Positions 40,017 to 52,300 of a stretch of DNA of 64,000 bases are shown one piece after another. The position numbers were made by a program, and so were the translations under genes. The stretch spans positions 186,001 through 250,000 of the forward strand of contig QPGO01000112.1 in assembly GCA_008632985.1 (NCBI GenBank), read 5' to 3'. The notes beneath the pieces are model-generated. The model saw only the letters and a program-made list of their open reading frames with translations, had not been told where the DNA came from and did not search any database. The stretch is from Psammoneis japonica (Eukaryota). Numbering within the stretch: position 1 is the stretch's first letter; each line of letters starts with the position of its first letter.

Positions 40017-43000
40017 AGTCGACATGCAGTCCTGCAGCTGAGTGGGATGGACAAGACCTCGGAGGTTGGCAGCAATGTGAGTGGCAACAGAGGCAAACAG
40101 ACGCTTGTTGAAAGTCGTTGTCCAGAAATTGTGACGAATGTCGTTGCTTCTGTTTGAATCGATTTTGTGATGAGCCAATTATTTCGAAGAGAAAATCTGA
40201 GTCTGGGTTGCAGTCGTGAGATGCAACCAGAATGACGTTGAGTCGTGACTCTCCCTCTCAACCGAGAGAGCTCACCAGCCCACAAGAGCCTTTCTAGCCG
40301 CACGGAATGCATCGGTCCGTAGTCCCTTCGTGAACTGATCGGCTGGTTGCTCTAGAGTGCTGACAGGTTGGATGTCGATCTCCAATTGTTCGACTTTAGT
40401 CCTAAACCAGTGGTGCGGGGTGCCGATGTGTTTGGTTCGCGGAGACAACTTGGGCGTGCGTGCGAACTTGAGGCACGCGGAGTTATCTTCGTACACAACG
40501 GACGCAGGTGGGACATTCTGCTCTACAGGCAAGTCATCGGTGCCTTGGGTTGCGAGCTCAAAAGCCTTGGAGTGAGTCGTGATGGGGTTTTGGCGGTCAG
40601 ACTTTCCGAGTGCGTGGTGGTTGAGCTCCTTGAGAACTTCACGAGTGGGGATGAGATCGCGCATGGCTTGAGAAAGTGCGACATGTTCCGCTTCCATGGT
40701 CGACAATGCTGCAAGAGTCTGCAGCTTGGACACCCAGACAAGCGGGCAGCCGGCGCAGTGGACAAGGTGTCCAGTCCTGGACTTGACAGAAACTGGGTCT
40801 TGACCATCTTCCACACCAAATGACCCCGCGAAGTCAGAATCGACGCAACAATCAACTCGATGATCTTGCGCAGGCTTGAGAATGAGACCTTCAGCAGCAG
40901 TTGCTTTGAGGTGTCGGAGCATCCGCTTCACTGCAGCAGCGTGGGACGCTCGGGGCGCAAACGAGAATCGAGCTGCTTGATGTGTGGCATGTGCAATGTC
41001 TGGCCGGCTGTTCGCTGCCAAGCACATCAACATTCCAACAACTGAGCGACAATCGCAGGGTTCATCAAAAGGCAGGCCGTCCGTGTCGGCACCAACAGCT
41101 GCAGGTAGAGCTGGAGCAGATGCTCCATTGCAATCCTGCATCTGTGCGGCACGCAGGACCTTGTCAATTAGACCGGGTTGAGTGAGTAGAAATCGACCCT
41201 CGGAGAGCTTTTCGATCTTGACACCGAGAAAGTTGCCGACTTCTCCTTCGTCTCTAAGTTCAAATGCGTGGCGATGTTCGTCGTCGGAGACTCCTAACTT
41301 GCGAATTTCGGCTTCTAGAGCTTCAGCTGAAGCTCCAGCAAAAACGGTGTCGTCGACGTGCACCACACACATCATGCCCTCTTTGAAATACAAACAGGGA
41401 TCTATGGCTGAAGGTGCCCATCCGCGCTCGGTTAAACCAGCTCGTAACTTCTCGCAGAAGCCCTTGGGAGACTGTTTTAGGCCGCACAGTCCTTTCAAAA
41501 GTTTGAGAACCATGTTGAGTCCCGACCTTGGCGCAAATCCCTTCGGCGGTGTTGTGCAAACTTCCTCGGCGATGTCAGCTTGGCAAAAGGCTGTGGCACA
41601 GTCCACCTGTCGTGCAGTCCATCCCTCCTTTAATGCCGCAGTGAGCATGAGTCGGATGCTGGACCATTGCACAACCGGCGCGCAGGTTTCGAAGCAGTCG
41701 ACTCCTTCTTTCTGCAAATCACCGCGGACGCAGTGTCGGGCCTTGTGCTTGAGAGGGGTTCCACCTGGGAGTCTCTTGAGCTTTGGTGCCCATGTGCCTG
41801 GAAGTGCATTCATGTGCGGCTGACGCTCGACTGCTTTCCAGGCTTGACGATGTGTGAGTGCGTTGACTTCAATTTTCATCGCCTTGATCCATTCGTCGGC
41901 GTCCGGACCTTTCAGAGCATTGTGTGACGAAGGCACATCAGGGTCCTTGGTTTTCTTGCTAGCTGCGCATGCTCGTGGATCGCCGATGTTGATGGCGCCA
42001 CTGTCCAAATCCGTCTCGAGAGTCGCCAGATGCGCTGGTTGAGCCTCGTGTCCGATCGGCAGCGGCATTTCCTCAACGGAGCTGAAGCAGACCTCATCTA
42101 CAAACTTGGCAGAGTTGAACTGTCCCTTGGTTGACCGTGAAGACCGTCGCAGCCCTGGTGCTCCCTCTGGATTCGTCACAGGAGGTGTCTTGACTGGGGG
42201 AGGAGCTGTTGGTTCCGTCGGCGCTTCGGGTGGCGGAAGTCCGTTGCCATCTTGAGGTTCAGGTGGCTGAATTGGCACAGAGTCCGTAGAGTCTGTAGGA
42301 GTTTGAGTCGCAGGTGGGACTGGTGGCGTTGGCTGCTGAGTCGCAGGTGCGACTCGATCGGTGACGTCGTTGCGAGAAATGGGTGAATCCGGCACAGTGA
42401 TCGATGGAGTGGGCTCAAAATGCCCGCGAATGCGTGTTGCTCTGGCCAGTTCTCGTTCTTTACGTTGACGCTCTGGAGGGGTGAGCCACTCATCGTGTAA
42501 ATGAACTGCCTGATCCTTCTCCAGAGGGATGCACATCGATTGGTTGAGGCACAAGTGTTCCCAGTGATCAGGTGGATCCGTCTCCCTCTCGATTGATGGT
42601 GCGGCAGTGAAGAGATCGTCAAAGACCACATGATGCTGAGGTGCAACACTTCCAGTTTGAAGATTGAGGACCAAAGGAACCTCACTGGAATGGATGGCAC
42701 TGAGTCCCACGAACAAAGCGCGACGAGTGCGAGGCTCCCAATGCGGGAGCTTCTTCCCGGAAGCGAGGGTCGGGTCAAGTGCGTACGCTGGACATCCCCA
42801 TGTGTGAATGTCGCGCAACCGATGTCTTGGCACTGTCGAACCGGTGAAAATGTCCGCTGGGCAATGTCCTTTGGAATTTGGGGTGACATTGTAGATGTGC
42901 GTGGCACAAGAAACTGCCATGGGCCACAGGGAGCTGTCAATCCCCCCCTTCCAGTGGATTGATGCATGAAGCAACATCGCTCTCGCCATGTTGGAGATGC

Positions 43001-45890
43001 TGCGGACACCCCGCTCTGCGACGCCGTTCTGATGATGGGCGTTGGTTCCACAAAAACGGAGACGTTGTTCATGATCTCGTGTGTGTTGTGCAAAAGCGTT
43101 GGCCTTGAAAGCGCCACTGTCGGCAAGAAATTCTTGGACGATGACCCCGTGGTCCAAAGCATGTTTCTCAAACGCTTGCTTCGCGCGTGTCGTCTCAACA
43201 GCGGAGAAACCCAGTTGGTGCTCGACCTGGACATAGCCAGAGGCGTGGTCGACAAAGACACAACCGCCCTTGAATTGCTTGGACGTGGCTTTGCCACAAG
43301 AGTCGAAGGTGCGGCCCAAAAGGCGCGACTCAAAATGATCAACGCTGACAGCCTGACCCGGTCGAAGATGGTCAGCTCGAAGGGCCCCGTCGCGTTCAGG
43401 GACTGTCGACTTGTGAGTGGATCCAAGAGAGCATCTGTGACCTTTAGCATGTTCGCATGCCTCACATCTTGGGTGGTCACACTTCGCTGCAGACTTGAAA
43501 CGGTTCGAAAGGAACGGAACTGCGCGGAGAAGTGCTTGGACGCGACCAAAGTTCAAATGGCCAAAACGGGCGTGCATTTCGAGAAGAAGCTTTTGGCCTG
43601 CCGTGAGGTTTTGATTCTCCTCGTTGAGGATCTGAAGGTTCACTTGAGGAGCGGCAGATGCGCCCTTGGTCATCGACGCAACAGGCAAGTGGCTTGATGG
43701 ATGACATGGCACGACCAACTTGCCTGTCCCGTCAACATGTAAACGGAAAGTGGTTTCATCGCCCTCACACTTCCCACGCACCCCCTTCTCTTCGTTGAAG
43801 AGGCGTTGAGGCGACAGCAGGCGCTGACGGGCTCCAGGGACGTGGCGTGCCATGGTGTTCAGTTGGATGGCAGCCCCACTCGGCGTTGTGAACACCCACG
43901 CAACCGGACCGGTGCCCTGGATGGCAAGACCGTTGGCAATCCCATTGATCTGCAAGGGTTTCTTGGGAACAGTCATGGGCCCCGTAAAATCATCTTTGTC
44001 GGGGGTGACAGCTGACGTGGCACCAGCATCCATGACGACCGTGAGAGCCTCGTCCGACAGACCGATGAGTGCCTGCGGGTCGGATGCAAGGAGGTCGGCT
44101 TGTGATTGTCCGGTGAGTAGTTGGATGGTGGAGGCATTGTAGACGACTGGTCCAACACTTGCTTCCTCCAACAGTTCCACAGGATCTTGAAAATGGGCAG
44201 TGTCCACGACATGATGCGGCAGACAGAGCTCGTCAAACCGGAAGAAATCCGGGCTGAAGTCCTCAAGAGCATCAAAGAAATGCTTCTGGTCGTCGAGAGG
44301 TTCCAGTTCCTCACAGGTGTCAAAGAAGGCTGATTCGTCTATCGCATCAGACCGTTCAGCTGCTTCTGGGCTCTCCCAGTGGGCCTTGAGACGAGTGCTC
44401 AGTGCGTGTGACGGATGGCGCGCGACAAACTCGGTGAGTGCTTGCGTGCCTTTGATCCTGTGACATTCGAACAGTGACCCCGTATCCAACACTGTCCGGT
44501 CATCTAGCTCTTCCACAACATGGTAGACTTGAGAGCTGGCGGTCGAAAAACGACTTGGTACGTTCGAGAATGGATGCTCGGGCTGTTGACCGGTGTAAAC
44601 TGCTGACCATGCCATCACTGCAACGGATGGGACCATCCAGGAGGCTGGAAACCCGTGCAAAGTTGGGAGTTTGCACTGGCGGCGTAGAGCTCGAGGGACA
44701 CATGGGATCGGAGCAAAGCAAAGATGTAGTGCCGTTTCCCAAAACATGGCGGCGAGCCAGAGTGTGAATGGCTTGACTCAACCCAAGAGTGAGCGACGCG
44801 AAGTGGGCTCGTCTTCGACGTCCTCGTGACAATCATCCGCATCCAGGACCTCTGGATCGTAGAAATCGAAGCCACGATACGTAACACACGGAGGTAAGTC
44901 GTAGCATGCGTCTTCAAAGTGTACGTCGTGTTCAAGGATGAGATCTAACTTGGTGTCGTCTGACAGCACATCCGTCAAATGTGCGGGAGCGTCAAAGAAC
45001 TCATCTGGATGCTTGATGGAGCACAGCTTCGAGGCCGGAAACAACTCAATAGCCGGTGGTTCGTTTTCAAAGGTAGAGAAAGCGTCGGAGCATTCGCAGA
45101 AGTCATCGGCGTCTTCGGGAGTGACAGTCTCAACCACGATGGGAGACACGACTGGATCCACAACTGAGGTGAGCACAGGTGGGCTCGTTTCGATGCAAAC
45201 CACCTCAGTGCTAACGACTGTATTGCTCTCCCTCTCGGCCGAAGAAGCCGGAGCAACCACAATTGCAGCAGTGACAGGGGCGGAACAGAAATCCGGGTCG
45301 GTGACGGGATCCGTAGCCGCGCACCACATTCCCGTGAAAACCAACTCGTTGGGGTCGGATTCGTCTCCCTCTGGTGCCTTGGTGGTCTGAGCGGGCGGAC
45401 CCATGGGCACGCCACTGTCCGGATCAGCAACGGAAGACAAATTCCCGGCTGGGGTCTCCTTGGGAGGTTGCCTGCGGTCGTCGGCATGTTCCGCGGTAGA
45501 GTGCTTCTGGTGGATTCCAGGTTTGTCGGCACCCTTCGCCTTGCACGTGGCACACCACTTCCATTCCTTGCCATTCTTATCCTTCTTCGTTTCTCCGTCA
45601 AATTTAGCACGCCAGGCAGCGATGGGTCGCCTCTTCTTCTTGGAAGGGTCGTCTGCAGGCGGCGGATTGGGAGGAGGATCGTAGCGCGGCGGTTTGGCGT
45701 TGCACTTCGGACACGTCTTCTTGGTGTGCCCCTCGAGACCGCAACCACAACAGTGCTTCATCTTCCCAGGGTTGTCCGCAGTCGAAAGATTGCTCTCGGG
45801 TAGCTTGGCTGCTAATGCAGGCCATTCCCTGTCCTTCACGAGTTCGTTGTGCTGCTCTTGAATCCACGCAATGATGCCAACCGGTCCGAG
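40017..45890 (-). mobile_element. Ty1/copia element B, copy 2; 5'-truncated in gag; 3' LTR 40017-40250; 1491-aa ORF at 40272-44747
   Basis: CxxCxxxxHxxxxC knuckle (CCGCGLEGHTKKTC), then protease, integrase, RT and RNase H in copia order; PPT at 40251-40259. Confidence 0.92.
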
Positions 45891-45891
45891 T

Positions 45892-46451
45892 GAATGCTGT
45901 GCACCACCTGACGAGTGCGGGAGGTTCTCAACAACCCAAGAGGCAAAGAAATTACCACTCGGCTAATTGTTGAGTCCCTTCTCCGCACACACATTCAGGC
46001 ATGCGTTGTGCACAGCATCATCACACAGCATTTGTCCAACTCTCCCTCTCGTCGCAGGATGGGGCATCGCCTTGGGGCGCATCCGCACGGCGGACTTACA
46101 AATTTGACCATGCACTCCCTCTGATGGGCAGGATGGGCAGCGCCATGTGGCGCATCCGGCCAAGGGAGGAGTGGGTTCGAAGCCCAACCGCCCACCCCGG
46201 ATGGGGTTGGAAAGGGGCAGGCCGAGAAAGAAAAGGAGGCTTGGATTTGAGGCCGACTCGAACCAGCGACCTCAGGAAGCGTAAAGACTCATAACCACTC
46301 AGAATGCTGTGCACCACCTGACGAGCACGGGAGGTTCTCAACAACCCAAGAGGCAAAGAAATTGCCACTTGGCCAATTGTTGAGCCCCTTCTCTGCACAC
46401 ACATTCAGGCATGTGTTGTGCACAGCATCATCACACAGCATTTGTCCAACT
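45892..46451 (-). mobile_element. TRIM-like non-autonomous LTR element (~560 bp): 150-bp direct repeats at 45892-46041 and 46302-46451
   Basis: On the minus strand: repeat, GGTTATGAGTC (resembles the half-tRNA-iMet PBS of copia/Ty5), 260-bp non-coding interior, PPT gagagggag, repeat. Confidence 0.7.
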
Positions 46452-47965
46452 GTTCCGCTGGCACGAGCGCTTCGCCGACTGCCTGCGAGCTGAAGGCTTC
46501 TTCCCCTGCCACGCCGAACCTGACATTTGGGTGCACAGGAACGGCGACCACCATGAGCACATTGCCGTTTATGTGGATGACCTCGCCATTGCTGTGAAGG
46601 ACCCTCAATCTTTCGTCGACACTCTCACGGAAAAGTGCAAGTTCAAGCTCAAGGGTGCGGGACCCATTGAGTTCCATCTGGGTTGCGACTTTTCCCGGGA
46701 TCCCGACGGCACCTTGAGCCTGTCTCCGCGCAAGTACATCAAGCGCATGGTCGACAGCTGCACCCGACTGTTTGGGGAGAAACCCACCACCAACACCCTG
46801 TCACCTCTGGAGAAGGGTGACCACCCCGAACTGGACACTTCCGAACTGCTGGAGCCCGACGGCATTCACAAGTTCCAGTCCCTTGTTGGCTCACTCCAAT
46901 GGGCAGTGTCTCTTGGTCGAATTGACATCACCACGGCCGTCATGTCACTCTCCAGCTTCCGAGCTGCGCCCCGTCAAGGCCACTTGGATCGTGCCAAACG
47001 CGTCTGTGGGCACCTCTCCAAGATGCGACACAGCGCTCTCCACGTTCGCACGGAAGAGCCCGACTGTTCGGATCTCCCTGCTCCGGCCTGTGAATGGATG
47101 CATTCCGTGTGCGGCGAAGCAGAAGAGATGATCCCGAAGGACGCTCCACTGCCCCTTGGCAAGTTCGTCACTGCCACCCACTGCGTCGATGCAAACTTGT
47201 GCCATTGCATGCTCACCGGACGCTCTGTCATGGGAATGCTCCACTTCCTCAACAAATTCCCGGCTGATTGGTTCTCCAAGAAGCAAGCCACTGTGGAGAC
47301 TGCGACCTGCGGGTCTGAATTTGTTGCCGCAAGGACTTGTGTCGAGCAGATTGTCGACCTGCGCATCACCCTGCGCTGCCTCGGCGTCCCGACCCACAAT
47401 GTCAGTTGCATGTTCGGTGACAACAAGTCAGTTGTAGACAGTGCCACCATCCCGCACTCCAAGTTACACAAGCGACACACTGCACTGTTGTTCCACCGTG
47501 TGCGTGAGGCAATCACCTCTGGTTGCCTTGAGCTCCACTTCATCGAAGGCTCCCGCAACCCTGCTGACATTCTCAGCAAGCATTGGGGTTGCTTCCAAAT
47601 CTGGGACCTTCTCCGCCCCCTCATGTTCTGGAACTTCATTCCATCCAAAGTCGAATCTGTTTCTGTGACTCCTCAAGCAAACTGGGGAGTGACAGGATTT
47701 GAACAGGTTTCAGGTGCGCGCGAAATGTCGCACGCTGTTTAGCCCACCGCGCACAGTTTTGTGTGCTTTAGTTCCGCGCGTTTCTGCGCGATGCAGTTTG
47801 CTTTCGAGCCACAAGGCTCACAAGAATGACAACAGCAGCCCGATTGCACCGACTTGCACGTCTTTCGGCTCCTGTGACGGTCTCTGAGCGGAGACTCATC
47901 TGCCATTTAGACAGCAGCAAGGAGTCATTGTTTGAATTCTTGCCATTTGCCTTCAATTTCTGTCA

Positions 47966-49347
47966 AATGGGGTCACTGTGTTGCATCTCTTTCATCGCTG
48001 CGTGCTCACTGGCTCCCCTCGACCCATGTTGGCATGACTGCGTTGCTGCACTGCTGCTCAGCCAAGCCACAGATTGGCTCGTGTGCCTTCTTTTTGTGGA
48101 TCTTGGGTGCCCTCCCAAGAACAAGAGGTGCTTCCACTTTTCCCAAATGTGAGCAGCCACAGCTGCAATGTGCACTTTTCTTGCTGGGCACAAGAAGCGA
48201 AGAGGTCAGCTGGCCAGAAACAAAATTTTGCAGCTGCGCTCTCTCTGCAGAAGCCACAACAATTTTTCAAAAACTGACCAAGGTGCCCATTGTGGCCACA
48301 ACTCTGAACAACACTTGTCGTGACATGCTGGCTCAGTTTCAGCGACATGTCTGGCATTGCCAAAGTTGTCGTTTTTTGTTTTGTGGCTCAGCAGCTTGTT
48401 CAGAGCAGGCTCATTTGTTTGGAAAAGCTTCAGCTCAACTGCCCATTTCATTGCATTTTGTTGTTTTTTCTGCTGCATTTGTCTGGGCCTCTTTGTGGCA
48501 TTGGTGCCCCACACAATGCAGCTGCCAATCATCTGTCGTTTGCATGAGAACAATGGCGCACTTCCCTGTTGCAATCCACTGTGTCCTCATCATCAACAAC
48601 TTCCAAGGTTGTTGAAAAATGACTGTTGACCTTGGCACGCAAAATTGAATTCACTGAATGTCATGTGCATGGCTGAAAAAATCAATGCATCTGTCTGATT
48701 GTCCATCCGTCCAAATTTTGAATGCCACATGTGCGTGAAGAACCACTCTGACCGGAGGACCAACACATTGTGGCTGCACTCTTCACAGAAAAGCCACAAG
48801 GTTTCAAAACTAACCAAGGTGCCCAATGCAGCCAGGGGCTCTGAACAACATTTTGTCTTGACACACTGGCTCACTTTCAGCCACAAATCTGGCATTGCCA
48901 AAGTTCCTTGTCATTTTTTGGTTGGCGGTTGTTGACACTTTTCAAATGGCCATGGATTTGCAATGTTTTGTTTTGTCCTCTGTGACATGTTTCTGCTCAA
49001 CAAGAGTGCAACTTGTCAATGACTGAAATTTTCACATGCACCCCAATTGCACCCACAGATTTTCAACACACGTGAGCCCAGTTTCCATTCAACAACGGAT
49101 TCTGCATTTTGCTGAGAGTGAAAAGAGGCCACTCATTTCACATTCTTCCCCTCCGCCACTCCTTTTGCCACACTCCGTTTGCACCGCATCACCGTGCATT
49201 CACCGTGCATTCCGTGCTTCCACAAAAGAGAAGTGGGGCATGATGGCCGCCACAGGTGCCACTCTGTGCTGAAGTTGGAGTGTGGCATGCCATCTGGCAC
49301 ACTGGAAGCTGATTGCATTGCAAAACAAATGAAAATCTGTGAAATGG
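47966..49347. repeat. One complete ~1.38-kb tandem unit between element A copies 2 and 3
   Basis: Runs from TSD to TSD and contains an internal sub-repeat (accaaggtgccca...tctggcattgccaaagt) twice. Confidence 0.9.
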
Positions 49348-52300
49348 TGACAGGATTTGAACAGGATTTAGATGCTCGCGAAATGTCGCGCGCTGTTTAA
49401 TTTACCGCGCACAGTTTTGTGTGCTTTCACCAGCTGCGGGTTCGGACGTGCCGGCACAACTCTGCGGACCGGATGGGAAGTTTAGCACTTGACAACGAAC
49501 GGGACAGCACAACCCGGCGACTTCTGATTTTAAGGTAGTTCGAGATTTCAAGTCAAGTCCGCTTCAAGTCAAGTCCATTCTCACCCAAGTTTCAAGTCCA
49601 CCTTCGCTTCCCAACAAGAATTGCTTGTCCTGACACCGCTTTTGTCTGCCATGGTTCTCACTCGTCAGCAACAAACCGATGGTTTCGAGCACGTTGTTGG
49701 AACCGTGCTTGCCCAAGGTGCTGGGAGCCCTCTTCGTTTGGCTTTGGCCCAAGACGGCACGGACTCGCATCAAGAACTATTCACGTTCATGCCATCCCAA
49801 ATCGACTCGCTTGAGTGCGACAACGGCACCAATGTGATCCCTTTGCCCCGCGGTTATAAGAACATGTTAGCAGCCCTGGTTAGTCTGCACATTGTCAAAG
49901 CACACGAAGGTCTTGATGTTGCCAATGACTCCTCGTTGTTCACGCATGACGAGTTCCTTGCCCACCGCCTCAGCCCCGACTGCATGTCTTCTGTGTCCAT
50001 CGGCAGCTCACCCCTCGCACCTCCGCATGTCACCAACCCGACCAAGGCACGCGACCCGGTGCGAGACTTCAAGCGAGGCATCAAGCGTGATCCCACCGCT
50101 TTCACGGCTCTCAAATCCGACAAGCAGTGGCACACTTGGCACACCTCACTTGTGGCACAAGCCCGTGCCCAAGACGTCGAGTGCACTCTAGACTCGTTGT
50201 ACAAACCGACCAGCCCCGAAGACAAACTGCTCTTTGCTGAACAGCAAAAGTGCATGTTCGCCGTCTTCGAACGCATCCTTCTCACCGACAAGGGCAAGGC
50301 TCTCATCCGCGAAAATGTGGGGTCTTCTGATGCCCAGACCGTCTACCGCGCCTTGTCCGAGTGTGCGCTCGCCTCCACCCGCGCATCTGTCGAGTCCTCC
50401 ACCTTGCTCACGTGCCTTGCCACCGCACATCTTGGTGATGGTGCTTGGAAAGGTCTGACCCACGGCTTCATCCTTCATTGGCAAGACCAGTTGCGCAAGT
50501 GCGAGGCACTTGTCCTGGCCAGTGACCACTTCTCTGAAGGACAGAAGCGCATCATGCTCGAGAATGCCGCGCACCCTGTCGAGGAACTCCGTGCTGTCAA
50601 GAACCAAGCTGATCAGCATCGCACGCAGAGTGGCAAGAGCCTCACATGTGACCAATGCTGCGGCTTGCTCCTCTCCGTGGCAGCTCAATGCGACAGTGCA
50701 TTTCAACCCAAGACGACACCTCGAGCTCCCCGACGCGCCATGTGCGCACACGACGTCTGCTCCGAGGAACCATCCGACGATGTGTTCTACGACATTGACA
50801 GCGACATTGACGTCCTTCAGGCCAATGCTGCCTGCACCCGTGGTCCCAGCCTCACCGGTGACCAATGGAAACGTCTCCCTCCCGACCACCAACAGATTTG
50901 GGATTCGTTGCCCCATTCCTCCAAGGCGATCATCCTTGAGCATTCTCGTCCGCCTCCCCGCAACCCGCGAGCCAGCAACTGCCATGAGTCCGTTATGGCC
51001 AACCTTCATGACCAACGCCTTGGGAGTGACGGTGATGTCAACTTGTCCAACACGACTCCTGCTGACTCTGGTGACCCCGCTCCAAATGTGGGTGCCACTT
51101 CGGATGATCCCATCCTGGCGCACCTCACCAAGCGCAAGCCACTGCCACCTGGTGATCTGCAACATCTGTTGTCTCCTAACCAAGCCCCCAATGCCAGTCG
51201 ACCGGGGCCATCCGCCGCTCCCTCCACCCCGCCAGCTTCTGCCGATGACACAGAACTCAACGGCCGCACTTGCCGTCGTGCCAATGACCACAATGTCATT
51301 TGCTCTGCCTCTGCTCATTGCTCCACATGCACTGGTGCTCTAGTCGATCGTGGGGCCAACGGCGGCATTGCTGGTGACGACGTTCGCGTCATTGCACGCA
51401 CCTCTCGCCAAGTTGACGTTCAGGGCATTGACGACCATCAATTGGTGGACATCCCTGTTGTCACCGCTGGCGCCATCATTGAGACCCAGCGTGGTCCCAT
51501 CATCGCCATCCTCCATCAGTGCGCGTGCACGGGAAAGGGCAAGACCATCCATTCCTGCGGCCAGCTTGAATGGCACAAACAGGATGTCAACGATCGCTCT
51601 GTCAAGGTGCCCAACGGCTTGCAACGCATTGCCACTCCTGATGGCTGTGTCATCCCCATTGACATCAAGGCCGGCCTGCCTTGTGTTGCCATGTGACCTT
51701 ACACTGACGCCGAATGGGACACCCTGCCCCATGTCATCCTCACCGGTGATGACACATGGGATCCTTCCGTCCTCGATCACTCTGTCACTGATGACGACCA
51801 GTGGTGCGACGCGATCTCTGACCTGCAGGACGATCCCACTGCCAACCCATTTGACGAACACGGCAACTGCCGTCATCGTGTCGTTGTCAACGAGACCATC
51901 ATGTCCGCTTCCTTGTCTGCCGATCACGCGTCCGCCCTTGATGATCACCTCATTCCGAATGACGACGTGTTCTGCGAGTGTCATCTACACGCGATTGACC
52001 CCAAGGGCGACGACGTCCCGCCCCCGGAGCGCACTGTACAGCCCAAGGACCCCCCCTTCGAGTCTCTTCGGCCTCACTTTGGCTTCCTGCCTGCCAATGC
52101 AGTCCGTCGTGCTTTTGACTGCACCACGCAGTGCGCCCGCATGCCCACCGGTGCACACCTCAGGAAGGCCTGCAAATCACCCAACCCCGCCCTCAACGTG
52201 CACCGCCGCAACGAGCCTGTCGCCACTGACACCATTTGTGCCGACACCCCGGCCGTCGACTCTGGTTGCACCAGCGCCCAACTGTTTGTTGGCACCGAGT

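Larger units (their letters stand above)
34424..47965 (+). mobile_element. Ty1/copia element A, copy 2. LTRs 34424-34699 and 47690-47965 (276 bp); TSD AATGG; nested insert 40017-46451
   Basis: Paired LTRs with a perfect 5-bp TSD. RT is interrupted at LRSSGL|RWHERF and resumes with YVDD and RNase H. Confidence 0.95.

Noticed and set aside
46240..46300. A true tRNA gene
   Set aside because: Only a B-box-like arm is present; no acceptor or anticodon stem could be folded by eye.
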